DNA from: Auanema rhodensis
Lineage: Eukaryota; Animalia; Nematoda
DNA length: 64,000 bases
Direction: 5' to 3'
Assembly: GCA_964057225.1 (NCBI GenBank)
Contig: OZ059897.1
Span: 17,360,001-17,424,000, forward strand
A program made the translations under genes and the position numbers. The notes under the pieces were generated by a model. It was not told the origin of the DNA. It worked only from the letters and a program-made list of their open reading frames with translations, and made no database searches. The stretch's first letter is position 1. Each line of letters starts with the position of its first letter. Below are positions 28,366 through 43,100 of the stretch, one piece after another.

Positions 28366-30651
28366 ATCTCTTTATCTTTCACGGGAAGCGAGTTTCATAC
28401 CAAGTGCACATCACGTGTACATTTAATTAGCTTAAATTAAAGTTCACGTAAATTTAAAATCATGGTTACCATGCACCAATATCAATAAAAATCTGTTTTT
28501 AGACTAATATGGACTTGGGGAATCTAATTTTGAAAACCGCATCTCTTTATCTTTCACGGGAAGCGAGTTTCATACCAAGTGCACATCACGTGTACATTTA
28601 ATTAGCATAAATTAAAGTTCACGTAAATTTCGAAGTCATGGTTACCATGCACTAATATCAATGAAAATTTGGTTTTAGACTAATATGGATATGGGGAATC
28701 TAATTTTGAAAACCGCATCTTTTCATCTTTCACGGGAAGCGAGTTTCATACCAAGTGCACATCATGTGTACATTTAATTAGCATAAATTAAAGTTCACGT
28801 AAATTTCGAAGTCATGGTTACCATTCACTAATATCAATGAAAATTTGGTTTTAGACTAATATGGATATGGGGAATCTAATTTTGAAAACCGCATCTCTTT
28901 ATCTTTCACGGGAAGCGAGTTTCATACCAAGTGCACATCACGTGTACATTTAATTAGCATAAATTAAAGTTCACGTAAATTTCGAAGTCATGGTTACCAT
29001 GCACTAATATCAATGAAAATTTGGTTTTAGACTAATATGGATATGGGGAATCTAATTTTGAAAACCGCATCTTTTCATCTTTCACGGGAAGCGAGTTACA
29101 TACCGAGTGCACATCGCGTGTACATTTAATTAGCATAAATTAAAGTTCACGTAAATTTCAAAGTCATGGTTACCATGCATCAATATCAATAAAATATTGT
29201 TTTTAGACTAATATGGACTTGGGGAATCTAATTTTGAAAACCGCAACTCTTTATCTTTCACGGGAAGCGAGTTTCATACCAAGTGCACATCACGTGTACA
29301 TTTAATTGGCATAAATTAAAGTTCACGTAAATTTCAAAATCATGGTTACCATGCACCAATATCAATAAAAATTTGTTTTCAGACTAATATGGTCATGTGG
29401 AATCTAATTTTGAAAACCGCATCTCTTCATCTTTCACGGGAAGCGAGTTACATACCAAGTACACATCACGTGTACATTTAATTAGCATAAATTAAAGTTC
29501 ACGTAAATTTCAAAGTCATGGTTACCATGCACCAATATCAATAAAAATATGTTTTCAGACTAATATGGACATGGGGAATCTAATTTTGAAAACCGCATCT
29601 CTTCATCTTTCACGGGAAGCGAGTTACATACCAAGTACACATCACGTGTACATTTAATTAGCATAAATTAAAGTTCACGTAAATTTCAAAGTCATGGTTA
29701 CCATGCACCAATATCAATAAAAAATTGTTTTTAGACTAAGATGGACATGGGGAATCTAATTTTGAAAACCGCATCTCTTTATCTTTCACGGGAAGCGAGT
29801 TACATACCAAGGGCACATCACGTGTACATTTAATTAGCATAAATTGAAGTTCACGTAAATTTCAAAGTCATGGTTACCATGCACCAATATCAATAAAAAT
29901 TTGTTTTTAGACTAATATAGACATGGGGAATCTAATTTTGAAAATCGCATCTCTTTATCTTTCACGGGAAGCGAGTTTCATACAAGTGCACATCACGTGT
30001 ACACTTAATTATCATAAATTGAAGTTCACGTGAATTTCAAAGTCATGGTTACCATGCACCAATATGAATAAGAATTTGTTTTTAGACTAATGTGGACATG
30101 GGGAATCTAATTTTGAAAACCGCATCTCTTTATCTTTCACGGGAAGCGAGTTTCATACCAAGTGCACATCACGTGTACATTTAATTAGCATAAATTAAAG
30201 TTCACGTAAATTTCAAAGTCATGGTTACCATGCACCAATATCAATAAAAATTTGTTTTTAGACTAATATGGACTTGGGGAATCTAATTTTGAAAACCGCA
30301 TCTCTTTATCTTTCACGGGAAGCGAGTTTCATACCAAGTGCACATCACGTGTACATTTAATTAGCATAAATTAAAGTTCACGTAAATTTCGAAGTCATGG
30401 TTACCATGCACTAATATCAATGAAAATTTGGTTTTAGACTAATATGGATATGGGGAATCTAATTTTGAAAACCGCATCTCTTTATCTTTCACGGGAAGCG
30501 AGTTTCATACCAAGTGCACATCACGTGTACATTTAATTAGCATAAATTAAAGTTCACGTAAATTTCGAAGTCATGGTTACCATGCACTAATATCAATGAA
30601 AATTTGGTTTTAGACTAATATGGATATGGGGAATCTAATTTTGAAAACCGC

Positions 30652-30796
30652 ATCTTTTCATCTTTCACGGGAAGCGAGTTACATACCGAGTGCACATCGC
30701 GTGTACATTTAATTAGCATAAATTAAAGTTCACGTAAATTTCAAAGTCATGGTTACCATGCACCAATATCAATAAAAATCCAATTTTGAGAACCGC
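30652..30796 (+). repeat. 145-bp deletion monomer, copy 5
   Basis: Same junction; next monomer at 30797. Confidence 0.95.
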
Positions 30797-32906
30797 ATCT
30801 CTTTATCTTTCACGGGAAGCGAGTTTCATACCAAGTGCACATCACGTGTACATTTAATTAGCATAAATTAAAGTTCACGTAAATTTAAAATCATGGTTAC
30901 CATGCACCAATATCAATAAAAATCTGTTTTTAGACTAATATGGACTTGGGGAATCTAATTTTGAAAACCGCATCTCTTTATCTTTCACGGGAAGCGAGAT
31001 ACATACCGAGTGCACATCACGTGTACATTTAATTAGCATAAATTAAAGTTCACGTAAATTTCAAAGTCATGGTTACCATGCATCAATATCAATAAAATAT
31101 TGTTTTTAGACTAATATGGACTTGGGGAATCTAATTTTGAAAACCGCATCTCTTTATCTTTCACGGGAAGCGAGTTTCATACCAAGTGCACATCACGTGT
31201 ACATTTAATTAGCATAAATTAAAGTTCACGTAAATTTCAAAGTCATGGTTACCATGCACTAATATCAATGAAAATTTGGTTTTAGACTAATATGGATATG
31301 AGGAATCTAATTTTGAAAACCGCATCTCTTTATCTTTCACGGGAAGCGAGTTTCATACCAAGTGCACATCACGTGTACATTTAATTAGCATAAATTAAAG
31401 TTCACGTAAATTTCAAAGTCATGGTTACCATGCATCAATATCAATAAAATATTGTTTTTAGACTAATATGGACTTGGGGAATCTAATTTTGAAAACCGCA
31501 ACTCTTTATCTTTCACGGGAAGCGAGTTTCATACCAAGTGCACATCACGTGTACATTTAATTGGCATAAATTAAAGTTCACGTAAATTTCAAAATCATGG
31601 TTACCATGCACCAATATCAATAAAAATTTGTTTTCAGACTAATATGGTCATGTGGAATCTAATTTTGAAAACCGCATCTCTTCATCTTTCACGGGAAGCG
31701 AGTTACATACCAAGTACACATCACGTGTACATTTAATTAGCATAAATTAAAGTTCACGTAAATTTCAAAGTCATGGTTACCATGCACCAATATCAATAAA
31801 AATATGTTTTCAGACTAATATGGACATGGGGAATCTAATTTTGAAAACCGCATCTCTTCATCTTTCACGGGAAGCGAGTTACATACCAAGTACACATCAC
31901 GTGTACATTTAATTAGCATAAATTAAAGTTCACGTAAATTTCAAAGTCATGGTTACCATGCACCAATATCAATAAAAAATTGTTTTTAGACTAAGATGGA
32001 CATGGGGAATCTAATTTTGAAAACCGCATCTCTTTATCTTTCACGGGAAGCGAGTTACATACCAAGGGCACATCACGTGTACATTTAATTAGCATAAATT
32101 GAAGTTCACGTAAATTTCAAAGTCATGGTTACCATGCACCAATATCAATAAAAATTTGTTTTTAGACTAATATAGACATGGGGAATCTAATTTTGAAAAT
32201 CGCATCTCTTTATCTTTCACGGGAAGCGAGTTTCATACAAGTGCACATCACGTGTACACTTAATTATCATAAATTGAAGTTCACGTGAATTTCAAAGTCA
32301 TGGTTACCATGCACCAATATGAATAAGAATTTGTTTTTAGACTAATGTGGACATGGGGAATCTAATTTTGAAAACCGCATCTCTTTATCTTTCACGGGAA
32401 GCGAGTTTCATACCAAGTGCACATCACGTGTACATTTAATTAGCATAAATTAAAGTTCACGTAAATTTCAAAGTCATGGTTACCATGCACCAATATCAAT
32501 AAAAATTTGTTTTTAGACTAATATGGACTTGGGGAATCTAATTTTGAAAACCGCATCTCTTTATCTTTCACGGGAAGCGAGTTTCATACCAAGTGCACAT
32601 CACGTGTACATTTAATTAGCATAAATTAAAGTTCACGTAAATTTCGAAGTCATGGTTACCATGCACTAATATCAATGAAAATTTGGTTTTAGACTAATAT
32701 GGATATGGGGAATCTAATTTTGAAAACCGCATCTCTTTATCTTTCACGGGAAGCGAGTTTCATACCAAGTGCACATCACGTGTACATTTAATTAGCATAA
32801 ATTAAAGTTCACGTAAATTTCGAAGTCATGGTTACCATGCACTAATATCAATGAAAATTTGGTTTTAGACTAATATGGATATGGGGAATCTAATTTTGAA
32901 AACCGC

Positions 32907-33051
32907 ATCTTTTCATCTTTCACGGGAAGCGAGTTACATACCGAGTGCACATCGCGTGTACATTTAATTAGCATAAATTAAAGTTCACGTAAATTTCAAA
33001 GTCATGGTTACCATGCACCAATATCAATAAAAATCCAATTTTGAGAACCGC
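32907..33051 (+). repeat. 145-bp deletion monomer, copy 6
   Basis: Same junction; next monomer at 33052. Confidence 0.95.
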
Positions 33052-34106
33052 ATCTCTTTATCTTTCACGGGAAGCGAGTTTCATACCAAGTGCACATCAC
33101 GTGTACATTTAATTAGCATAAATTAAAGTTCACGTAAATTTAAAATCATGGTTACCATGCACCAATATCAATAAAAATCTGTTTTTAGACTAATATGGAC
33201 TTGGGGAATCTAATTTTGAAAACCGCATCTCTTTATCTTTCACGGGAAGCGAGATACATACCGAGTGCACATCACGTGTACATTTAATTAGCATAAATTA
33301 AAGTTCACGTAAATTTCAAAGTCATGGTTACCATGCATCAATATCAATAAAATATTGTTTTTAGACTAATATGGACTTGGGGAATCTAATTTTGAAAACC
33401 GCATCTCTTTATCTTTCACGGGAAGCGAGTTTCATACCAAGTGCACATCACGTGTACATTTAATTAGCATAAATTAAAGTTCACGTAAATTTCAAAGTCA
33501 TGGTTACCATGCACTAATATCAATGAAAATTTGGTTTTAGACTAATATGGATATGAGGAATCTAATTTTGAAAACCGCATCTCTTTATCTTTCACGGGAA
33601 GCGAGTTTCATACCAAGTGCACATCACGTGTACATTTAATTAGCATAAATTAAAGTTCACGTAAATTTCAAAGTCATGGTTACCATGCATCAATATCAAT
33701 AAAATATTGTTATTAGACTAATATGGACTTGGGGAATCTAATTTTGAAAACCGCAACTCTTTATCTTTCACGGGAAGCGAGTTTCATACCAAGTGCACAT
33801 CACGTGTACATTTAATTGGCATAAATTAAAGTTCACGTAAATTTCAAAATCATGGTTACCATGCACCAATATCAATAAAAATTTGTTTTCAGACTAATAT
33901 GGTCATGTGGAATCTAATTTTGAAAACCGCATCTCTTCATCTTTCACGGGAAGCGAGTTACATACCAAGTACACATCACGTGTACATTTAATTAGCATAA
34001 ATTAAAGTTCACGTAAATTTCAAAGTCATGGTTACCATGCACCAATATCAATAAAAAATTGTTTTTAGACTAAGATGGACATGGGGAATCTAATTTTGAA
34101 AACCGC

Positions 34107-37100
34107 ATCTCTTTATCTTTCACGGGAAGCGAGATACATACCGAGTGCACATCGCGTGTACATTTAATTAACATAAATTAAAGTTCACGTAAACTTCAAA
34201 GTCATGGTTGCCATGCACCAATATCAGTAAAAATTTGGTTTTAGACTAATATGGATATGGGGAATCTAATTTTGAAAACCGCATCTCTTTATCTTTCACG
34301 GGAAGCGAGTTTCATACCAAGTGCACATCACGTGTACATTTAATTAGCATAAATTAAAGTTCACGTAAATTTCAAAGTCATGGTTGCCATGCACCAATAT
34401 CAATGAAAATTTGTTTTTAGACTAATATGGACTTGGGGAATCTAATTTTGAAAACCGCATCTCTTTATCTTTCACGGGAAGCGAGTTTCATACCAAGTGC
34501 ACATCACGTGTACATTTAATTAGCATAAATTGAAGTTCACGTAAATTTAAAATCATGGTTACCATGCACCAATATCAATAAAAATTTGTTTTTAGACTAA
34601 TATGAACATGGTGAATCTAATTTTGAAAACCGCATCTCTTTATCTTTCACGGGGAGCGAGTTTCATACCAAGTGCACATCACGTGTACATTTAATTAGCA
34701 TAAATTAAAGTTCACGTAAATTTCAAAGTCATGGTTACCATGCACAAATATCAATGAAAATTTGTTTTTAGACTGATATGGACTTGGGGAATCTAATTTT
34801 GAAAACCGCATCTCTTTATCTTTCACGGGAAGCGAGTTTCATACAAGTGCACATCACGTGTACATTTAATTAGCATAAATTAAAGTTCACGTAAATTTTG
34901 AAGTCATGGTTACCATGCACTAATATGAATAAGAATTTGTTTTTAGACTAATATGGACATGGGGAATCTAATTTTGAAAACCGCATCTTTTTATCTTTCA
35001 CGGGAAGCGAGTTACATACCGAGTGCACATCACGTGTACATTTAATTAGCATAAATTAAAGTTCACGTAAATTTCAAAGTCATGGTTACCATGCACCAAT
35101 ATCAATGAAAATTTGTTTTTAGACTAATATGGACATGGGGAATCTAATTTTAAAAACCGCATCTCTTTATCTTTTACGGGAAGCGAGTTACATACCGAGT
35201 GCACATCACGTGTACATTTAATTAGCATAAATTAAAGTTCACGTAAATTTCAAAGTCATGGTTACCATGCATCAATATCAATAAAATATTGTTTTTAGAC
35301 TAATATGGACTTGGGGAATCTAATTTTGAAAACCGCATCTCTTTATCTTTCACGGGAAGCGAGTTTCATACCAAGTGCACATCACGTGTACATTTAATTA
35401 GCATAAATTAAAGTTCACGTAAATTTCAAAATCATGGTTGCCATGCACCAATATCAATAAAAATATGTTTTTAGACTAATATGGACTTGGGGACTCTAAT
35501 TTTGAAAACCGCATCTCTTTATCTTTCACGGGAAGCGAGTTTCATACAAGTGCACATCACGTGTACATTTAATTATCATAAATTGAAGTTCACGTGAATT
35601 TCAAAGTCATGGTTACCATGCACCAATATGAATAAGAATTTGTTTTTAGACTAATGTGGACATGGGGAATCTAATTTTGAAAACCGCATCTCTTTATCTT
35701 TCACGGGAAGCGAGTTTCATACCAAGTGCACATCACGTGTACATTTAATTAGCATAAATTAAAGTTCACGTAAATTTCAAAGTCATGGTTACCATGCACC
35801 AATATCAATAAAAATTTGTTTTTAGACTAATATGGACTTGGGGAATCTAATTTTGAAAACCGCATCTCTTTATCTTTCACGGGAAGCGAGTTTCATACCA
35901 AGTGCACATCACGTGTACATTTAATTAGCATAAATTAAAGTTCACGTAAATTTCAAAATCATGGTTACCATGCACCAATATCAATAAAAATTTGTTTTCA
36001 GACTAATATGGTCATGTGGAATCTAATTTTGAAAACCGCATCTCTTCATCTTTCACGGGAAGCGAGTTACATACCAAGTACACATCACGTGTACATTTAA
36101 TTAGCATAAATTGAAGTTCACGTAAATTTCAAAGTCATGGTTACCATGCACCAATATCAATAAAAAATTGTTTTTAGACTAAGATGGACATGGGGAATCT
36201 AATTTTGAAAACCGCATCTCTTTATTTTTCACGGGAAGCGAGTTACATACCAAGTGCACATCACGTGTACATTTAATTAACATAAATTAAAGTTCACGTA
36301 AACTTCAAAGTCATGGTTGCCATGCACCAATATCAGTAAAAATTTGGTTTTAGACTAATATGGATATGGGGAATCTAATTTTGAAAACCGCATCTCTTTA
36401 TCTTTCACGGGAAGCGAGTTTCATACCAAGTGCACATCACGTGTACATTTAATTAGCATAAATTAAAGTTCACGTAAATTTCAAAGTCATGGTTGCCATG
36501 CACCAATATCAATGAAAATTTGTTTTTAGACTAATATGGACTTGGGGAATCTAATTTTGAAAACCGCATCTCTTTATCTTTCACGGGAAGCGAGTTTCAT
36601 ACCAAGTGCACATCACGTGTACATTTAATTAGCATAAATTGAAGTTCACGTAAATTTAAAATCATGGTTACCATGCACCAATATCAATAAAAATTTGTTT
36701 TTAGACTAATATGAACATGGTGAATCTAATTTTGAAAACCGCATCTCTTTATCTTTCACGGGGAGCGAGTTTCATACCAAGTGCACATCACGTGTACATT
36801 TAATTAGCATAAATTAAAGTTCACGTAAATTTCAAAGTCATGGTTACCATGCACAAATATCAATGAAAATTTGTTTTTAGACTGATATGGACTTGGGGAA
36901 TCTAATTTTGAAAACCGCATCTCTTTATCTTTCACGGGAAGCGAGTTTCATACAAGTGCACATCACGTGTACATTTAATTAGCATAAATTAAAGTTCACG
37001 TAAATTTTGAAGTCATGGTTACCATGCACTAATATGAATAAGAATTTGTTTTTAGACTAATATGGACATGGGGAATCTAATTTTGAAAACCGCATCTTTT

Positions 37101-40100
37101 TATCTTTCACGGGAAGCGAGTTACATACCGAGTGCACATCACGTGTACATTTAATTAGCATAAATTAAAGTTCACGTAAATTTCAAAGTCATGGTTACCA
37201 TGCACCAATATCAATGAAAATTTGTTTTTAGACTAATATGGACATGGGGAATCTAATTTTAAAAACCGCATCTCTTTATCTTTCACGGGAAGCGAGTTAC
37301 ATACCGAGTGCACATCACGTGTACATTTAATTAGCATAAATTAAAGTTCACGTAAATTTCAAAGTCATGGTTACCATGCATCAATATCAATAAAATATTG
37401 TTTTTAGACTAATATGGACTTGGGGAATCTAATTTTGAAAACCGCATCTCTTTATCTTTCACGGGAAGCGAGTTTCATACCAAGTGCACATCACGTGTAC
37501 ATTTAATTAGCATAAATTAAAGTTCACGTAAATTTCAAAATCATGGTTGCCATGCACCAATATCAATAAAAATATGTTTTTAGACTAATATGGACATGGG
37601 GAATCTAATTTTAAAAACCGCATCTCTTTATCTTTTACGGGAAGCGAGTTACATACCGAGTGCACATCACGTGTACATTTAATTAGCATAAATTAAAGTT
37701 CACGTAAATTTCAAAGTCATGGTTACCATGCATCAATATCAATAAAATATTGTTTTTAGACTAATATGGACTTGGGGAATCTAATTTTGAAAACCGCATC
37801 TCTTTATCTTTCACGGGAAGCGAGTTTCATACCAAGTGCACATCACGTGTACATTTAATTAGCATAAATTAAAGTTCACGTAAATTTCAAAATCATGGTT
37901 GCCATGCACCAATATCAATAAAAATATGTTTTTAGACTAATATGGACTTGGGGAATCTAATTTTGAAAACCGCATCTCTTTATCTTTCACGGGAAGCGAG
38001 TTTCATACAAGTGCACATCACGTGTACATTTAATTATCATAAATTGAAGTTCACGTGAATTTCAAAGTCATGGTTACCATGCACCAATATGAATAAGAAT
38101 TTGTTTTTAGACTAATGTGGACATGGGGAATCTAATTTTGAAAACCGCATCTCTTTATCTTTCACGGGAAGCGAGTTTCATACCAAGTGCACATCACGTG
38201 TACATTTAATTAGCATAAATTAAAGTTCACGTAAATTTCAAAGTCATGGTTACCATGCACCAATATCAATAAAAATTTGTTTTTAGACTAATATGGACTT
38301 GGGGAATCTAATTTTGAAAACCGCATCTCTTTATCTTTCACGGGAAGCGAGTTTCATACCAAGTGCACATCACGTGTACATTTAATTAGCATAAATTAAA
38401 GTTCACGTAAATTTCAAAATCATGGTTACCATGCACCAATATCAATAAAAATTTGTTTTCAGACTAATATGGTCATGTGGAATCTAATTTTGAAAACCGC
38501 ATCTCTTCATCTTTCACGGGAAGCGAGTTACATACCAAGTACACATCACGTGTACATTTAATTAGCATAAATTGAAGTTCACGTAAATTTCAAAGTCATG
38601 GTTACCATGCACCAATATCAATAAAAAATTGTTTTTAGACTAAGATGGACATGGGGAATCTAATTTTGAAAACCGCATCTCTTTATTTTTCACGGGAAGC
38701 GAGTTACATACCAAGTGCACATCACGTGTACATTTAATTAACATAAATTAAAGTTCACGTAAACTTCAAAGTCATGGTTGCCATGCACCAATATCAGTAA
38801 AAATTTGGTTTTAGACTAATATGGATATGGGGAATCTAATTTTGAAAACCGCATCTCTTTATCTTTCACGGGAAGCGAGTTTCATACCAAGTGCACATCA
38901 CGTGTACATTTAATTAGCATAAATTAAAGTTCACGTAAATTTCAAAGTCATGGTTGCCATGCACCAATATCAATGAAAATTTGTTTTTAGACTAATATGG
39001 ACTTGGGGAATCTAATTTTGAAAACCGCATCTCTTTATCTTTCACGGGAAGCGAGTTTCATACCAAGTGCACATCACGTGTACATTTAATTAGCATAAAT
39101 TGAAGTTCACGTAAATTTAAAATCATGGTTACCATGCACCAATATCAATAAAAATTTGTTTTTAGACTAATATGAACATGGTGAATCTAATTTTGAAAAC
39201 CGCATCTCTTTATCTTTCACGGGGAGCGAGTTTCATACCAAGTGCACATCACGTGTACATTTAATTAGCATAAATTAAAGTTCACGTAAATTTCAAAGTC
39301 ATGGTTACCATGCACAAATATCAATGAAAATTTGTTTTTAGACTGATATGGACTTGGGGAATCTAATTTTGAAAACCGCATCTCTTTATCTTTCACGGGA
39401 AGCGAGTTTCATACAAGTGCACATCACGTGTACATTTAATTAGCATAAATTAAAGTTCACGTAAATTTTGAAGTCATGGTTACCATGCACTAATATGAAT
39501 AAGAATTTGTTTTTAGACTAATATGGACATGGGGAATCTAATTTTGAAAACCGCATCTTTTTATCTTTCACGGGAAGCGAGTTACATACCGAGTGCACAT
39601 CACGTGTACATTTAATTAGCATAAATTAAAGTTCACGTAAATTTCAAAGTCATGGTTACCATGCACCAATATCAATGAAAATTTGTTTTTAGACTAATAT
39701 GGACATGGGGAATCTAATTTTAAAAACCGCATCTCTTTATCTTTTACGGGAAGCGAGTTACATACCGAGTGCACATCACGTGTACATTTAATTAGCATAA
39801 ATTAAAGTTCACGTAAATTTCAAAGTCATGGTTACCATGCATCAATATCAATAAAATATTGTTTTTAGACTAATATGGACTTGGGGAATCTAATTTTGAA
39901 AACCGCATCTCTTTATCTTTCACGGGAAGCGAGTTTCATACCAAGTGCACATCACGTGTACATTTAATTAGCATAAATTAAAGTTCACGTAAATTTCAAA
40001 ATCATGGTTGCCATGCACCAATATCAATAAAAATATGTTTTTAGACTAATATGGACTTGGGGACTCTAATTTTGAAAACCGCATCTCTTTATCTTTCACG

Positions 40101-43100
40101 GGAAGCGAGTTTCATACAAGTGCACATCACGTGTACATTTAATTATCATAAATTGAAGTTCACGTGAATTTCAAAGTCATGGTTACCATGCACCAATATG
40201 AATAAGAATTTGTTTTTAGACTAATGTGGACATGGGGAATCTAATTTTGAAAACCGCATCTCTTTATCTTTCACGGGAAGCGAGTTTCATACCAAGTGCA
40301 CATCACGTGTACATTTAATTAGCATAAATTAAAGTTCACGTAAATTTCAAAGTCATGGTTACCATGCACCAATATCAATAAAAATTTGTTTTTAGACTAA
40401 TATGGACTTGGGGAATCTAATTTTGAAAACCGCATCTCTTTATCTTTCACGGGAAGCGAGTTTCATACCAAGTGCACATCACGTGTACATTTAATTAGCA
40501 TAAATTAAAGTTCACGTAAATTTCAAAATCATGGTTACCATGCACCAATATCAATAAAAATTTGTTTTCAGACTAATATGGTCATGTGGAATCTAATTTT
40601 GAAAACCGCATCTCTTCATCTTTCACGGGAAGCGAGTTACATACCAAGTACACATCACGTGTACATTTAATTAGCATAAATTGAAGTTCACGTAAATTTC
40701 AAAGTCATGGTTACCATGCACCAATATCAATAAAAAATTGTTTTTAGACTAAGATGGACATGGGGAATCTAATTTTGAAAACCGCATCTCTTTATTTTTC
40801 ACGGGAAGCGAGTTACATACCAAGTGCACATCACGTGTACATTTAATTAACATAAATTAAAGTTCACGTAAACTTCAAAGTCATGGTTGCCATGCACCAA
40901 TATCAGTAAAAATTTGGTTTTAGACTAATATGGATATGGGGAATCTAATTTTGAAAACCGCATCTCTTTATCTTTCACGGGAAGCGAGTTTCATACCAAG
41001 TGCACATCACGTGTACATTTAATTAGCATAAATTAAAGTTCACGTAAATTTCAAAGTCATGGTTGCCATGCACCAATATCAATGAAAATTTGTTTTTAGA
41101 CTAATATGGACTTGGGGAATCTAATTTTGAAAACCGCATCTCTTTATCTTTCACGGGAAGCGAGTTTCATACCAAGTGCACATCACGTGTACATTTAATT
41201 AGCATAAATTGAAGTTCACGTAAATTTAAAATCATGGTTACCATGCACCAATATCAATAAAAATTTGTTTTTAGACTAATATGAACATGGTGAATCTAAT
41301 TTTGAAAACCGCATCTCTTTATCTTTCACGGGGAGCGAGTTTCATACCAAGTGCACATCACGTGTACATTTAATTAGCATAAATTAAAGTTCACGTAAAT
41401 TTCAAAGTCATGGTTACCATGCACAAATATCAATGAAAATTTGTTTTTAGACTGATATGGACTTGGGGAATCTAATTTTGAAAACCGCATCTCTTTATCT
41501 TTCACGGGAAGCGAGTTTCATACAAGTGCACATCACGTGTACATTTAATTAGCATAAATTAAAGTTCACGTAAATTTTGAAGTCATGGTTACCATGCACT
41601 AATATGAATAAGAATTTGTTTTTAGACTAATATGGACATGGGGAATCTAATTTTGAAAACCGCATCTTTTTATCTTTCACGGGAAGCGAGTTACATACCG
41701 AGTGCACATCACGTGTACATTTAATTAGCATAAATTAAAGTTCACGTAAATTTCAAAGTCATGGTTACCATGCACCAATATCAATGAAAATTTGTTTTTA
41801 GACTAATATGGACATGGGGAATCTAATTTTAAAAACCGCATCTCTTTATCTTTCACGGGAAGCGAGTTACATACCGAGTGCACATCACGTGTACATTTAA
41901 TTAGCATAAATTAAAGTTCACGTAAATTTCAAAGTCATGGTTACCATGCATCAATATCAATAAAATATTGTTTTTAGACTAATATGGACTTGGGGAATCT
42001 AATTTTGAAAACCGCATCTCTTTATCTTTCACGGGAAGCGAGTTTCATACCAAGTGCACATCACGTGTACATTTAATTAGCATAAATTAAAGTTCACGTA
42101 AATTTCAAAATCATGGTTGCCATGCACCAATATCAATAAAAATATGTTTTTAGACTAATATGGACATGGGGAATCTAATTTTAAAAACCGCATCTCTTTA
42201 TCTTTTACGGGAAGCGAGTTACATACCGAGTGCACATCACGTGTACATTTAATTAGCATAAATTAAAGTTCACGTAAATTTCAAAGTCATGGTTACCATG
42301 CATCAATATCAATAAAATATTGTTTTTAGACTAATATGGACTTGGGGAATCTAATTTTGAAAACCGCATCTCTTTATCTTTCACGGGAAGCGAGTTTCAT
42401 ACCAAGTGCACATCACGTGTACATTTAATTAGCATAAATTAAAGTTCACGTAAATTTCAAAATCATGGTTGCCATGCACCAATATCAATAAAAATATGTT
42501 TTTAGACTAATATGGACTTGGGGAATCTAATTTTGAAAACCGCATCTCTTTATCTTTCACGGGAAGCGAGTTTCATACAAGTGCACATCACGTGTACATT
42601 TAATTATCATAAATTGAAGTTCACGTGAATTTCAAAGTCATGGTTACCATGCACCAATATGAATAAGAATTTGTTTTTAGACTAATGTGGACATGGGGAA
42701 TCTAATTTTGAAAACCGCATCTCTTTATCTTTCACGGGAAGCGAGTTTCATACCAAGTGCACATCACGTGTACATTTAATTAGCATAAATTAAAGTTCAC
42801 GTAAATTTCAAAGTCATGGTTACCATGCACCAATATCAATAAAAATTTGTTTTTAGACTAATATGGACTTGGGGAATCTAATTTTGAAAACCGCATCTCT
42901 TTATCTTTCACGGGAAGCGAGTTTCATACCAAGTGCACATCACGTGTACATTTAATTAGCATAAATTAAAGTTCACGTAAATTTCAAAATCATGGTTACC
43001 ATGCACCAATATCAATAAAAATTTGTTTTCAGACTAATATGGTCATGTGGAATCTAATTTTGAAAACCGCATCTCTTCATCTTTCACGGGAAGCGAGTTA

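Larger units (their letters stand above)
23009..29244 (+). repeat. 14-mer HOR (2430 bp), two copies, the first carrying an internal 8-mer (1376 bp) duplication; contains three 145-bp monomers
   Basis: CTTTACCT monomer at 23009 and 26815 (3806 = 2430+1376). Deletion monomers at 24415, 25791, 28221, each followed by a TTAGCTTAAA monomer. Confidence 0.85.
29245..33930 (+). repeat. 13-mer HOR, 2255 bp, two full copies plus the start of a third
   Basis: TTAATTGGC marker at 29308, 31563, 33818. Deletion monomers at 30652 and 32907. 2255 = 10x176+2x175+145. Confidence 0.92.
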
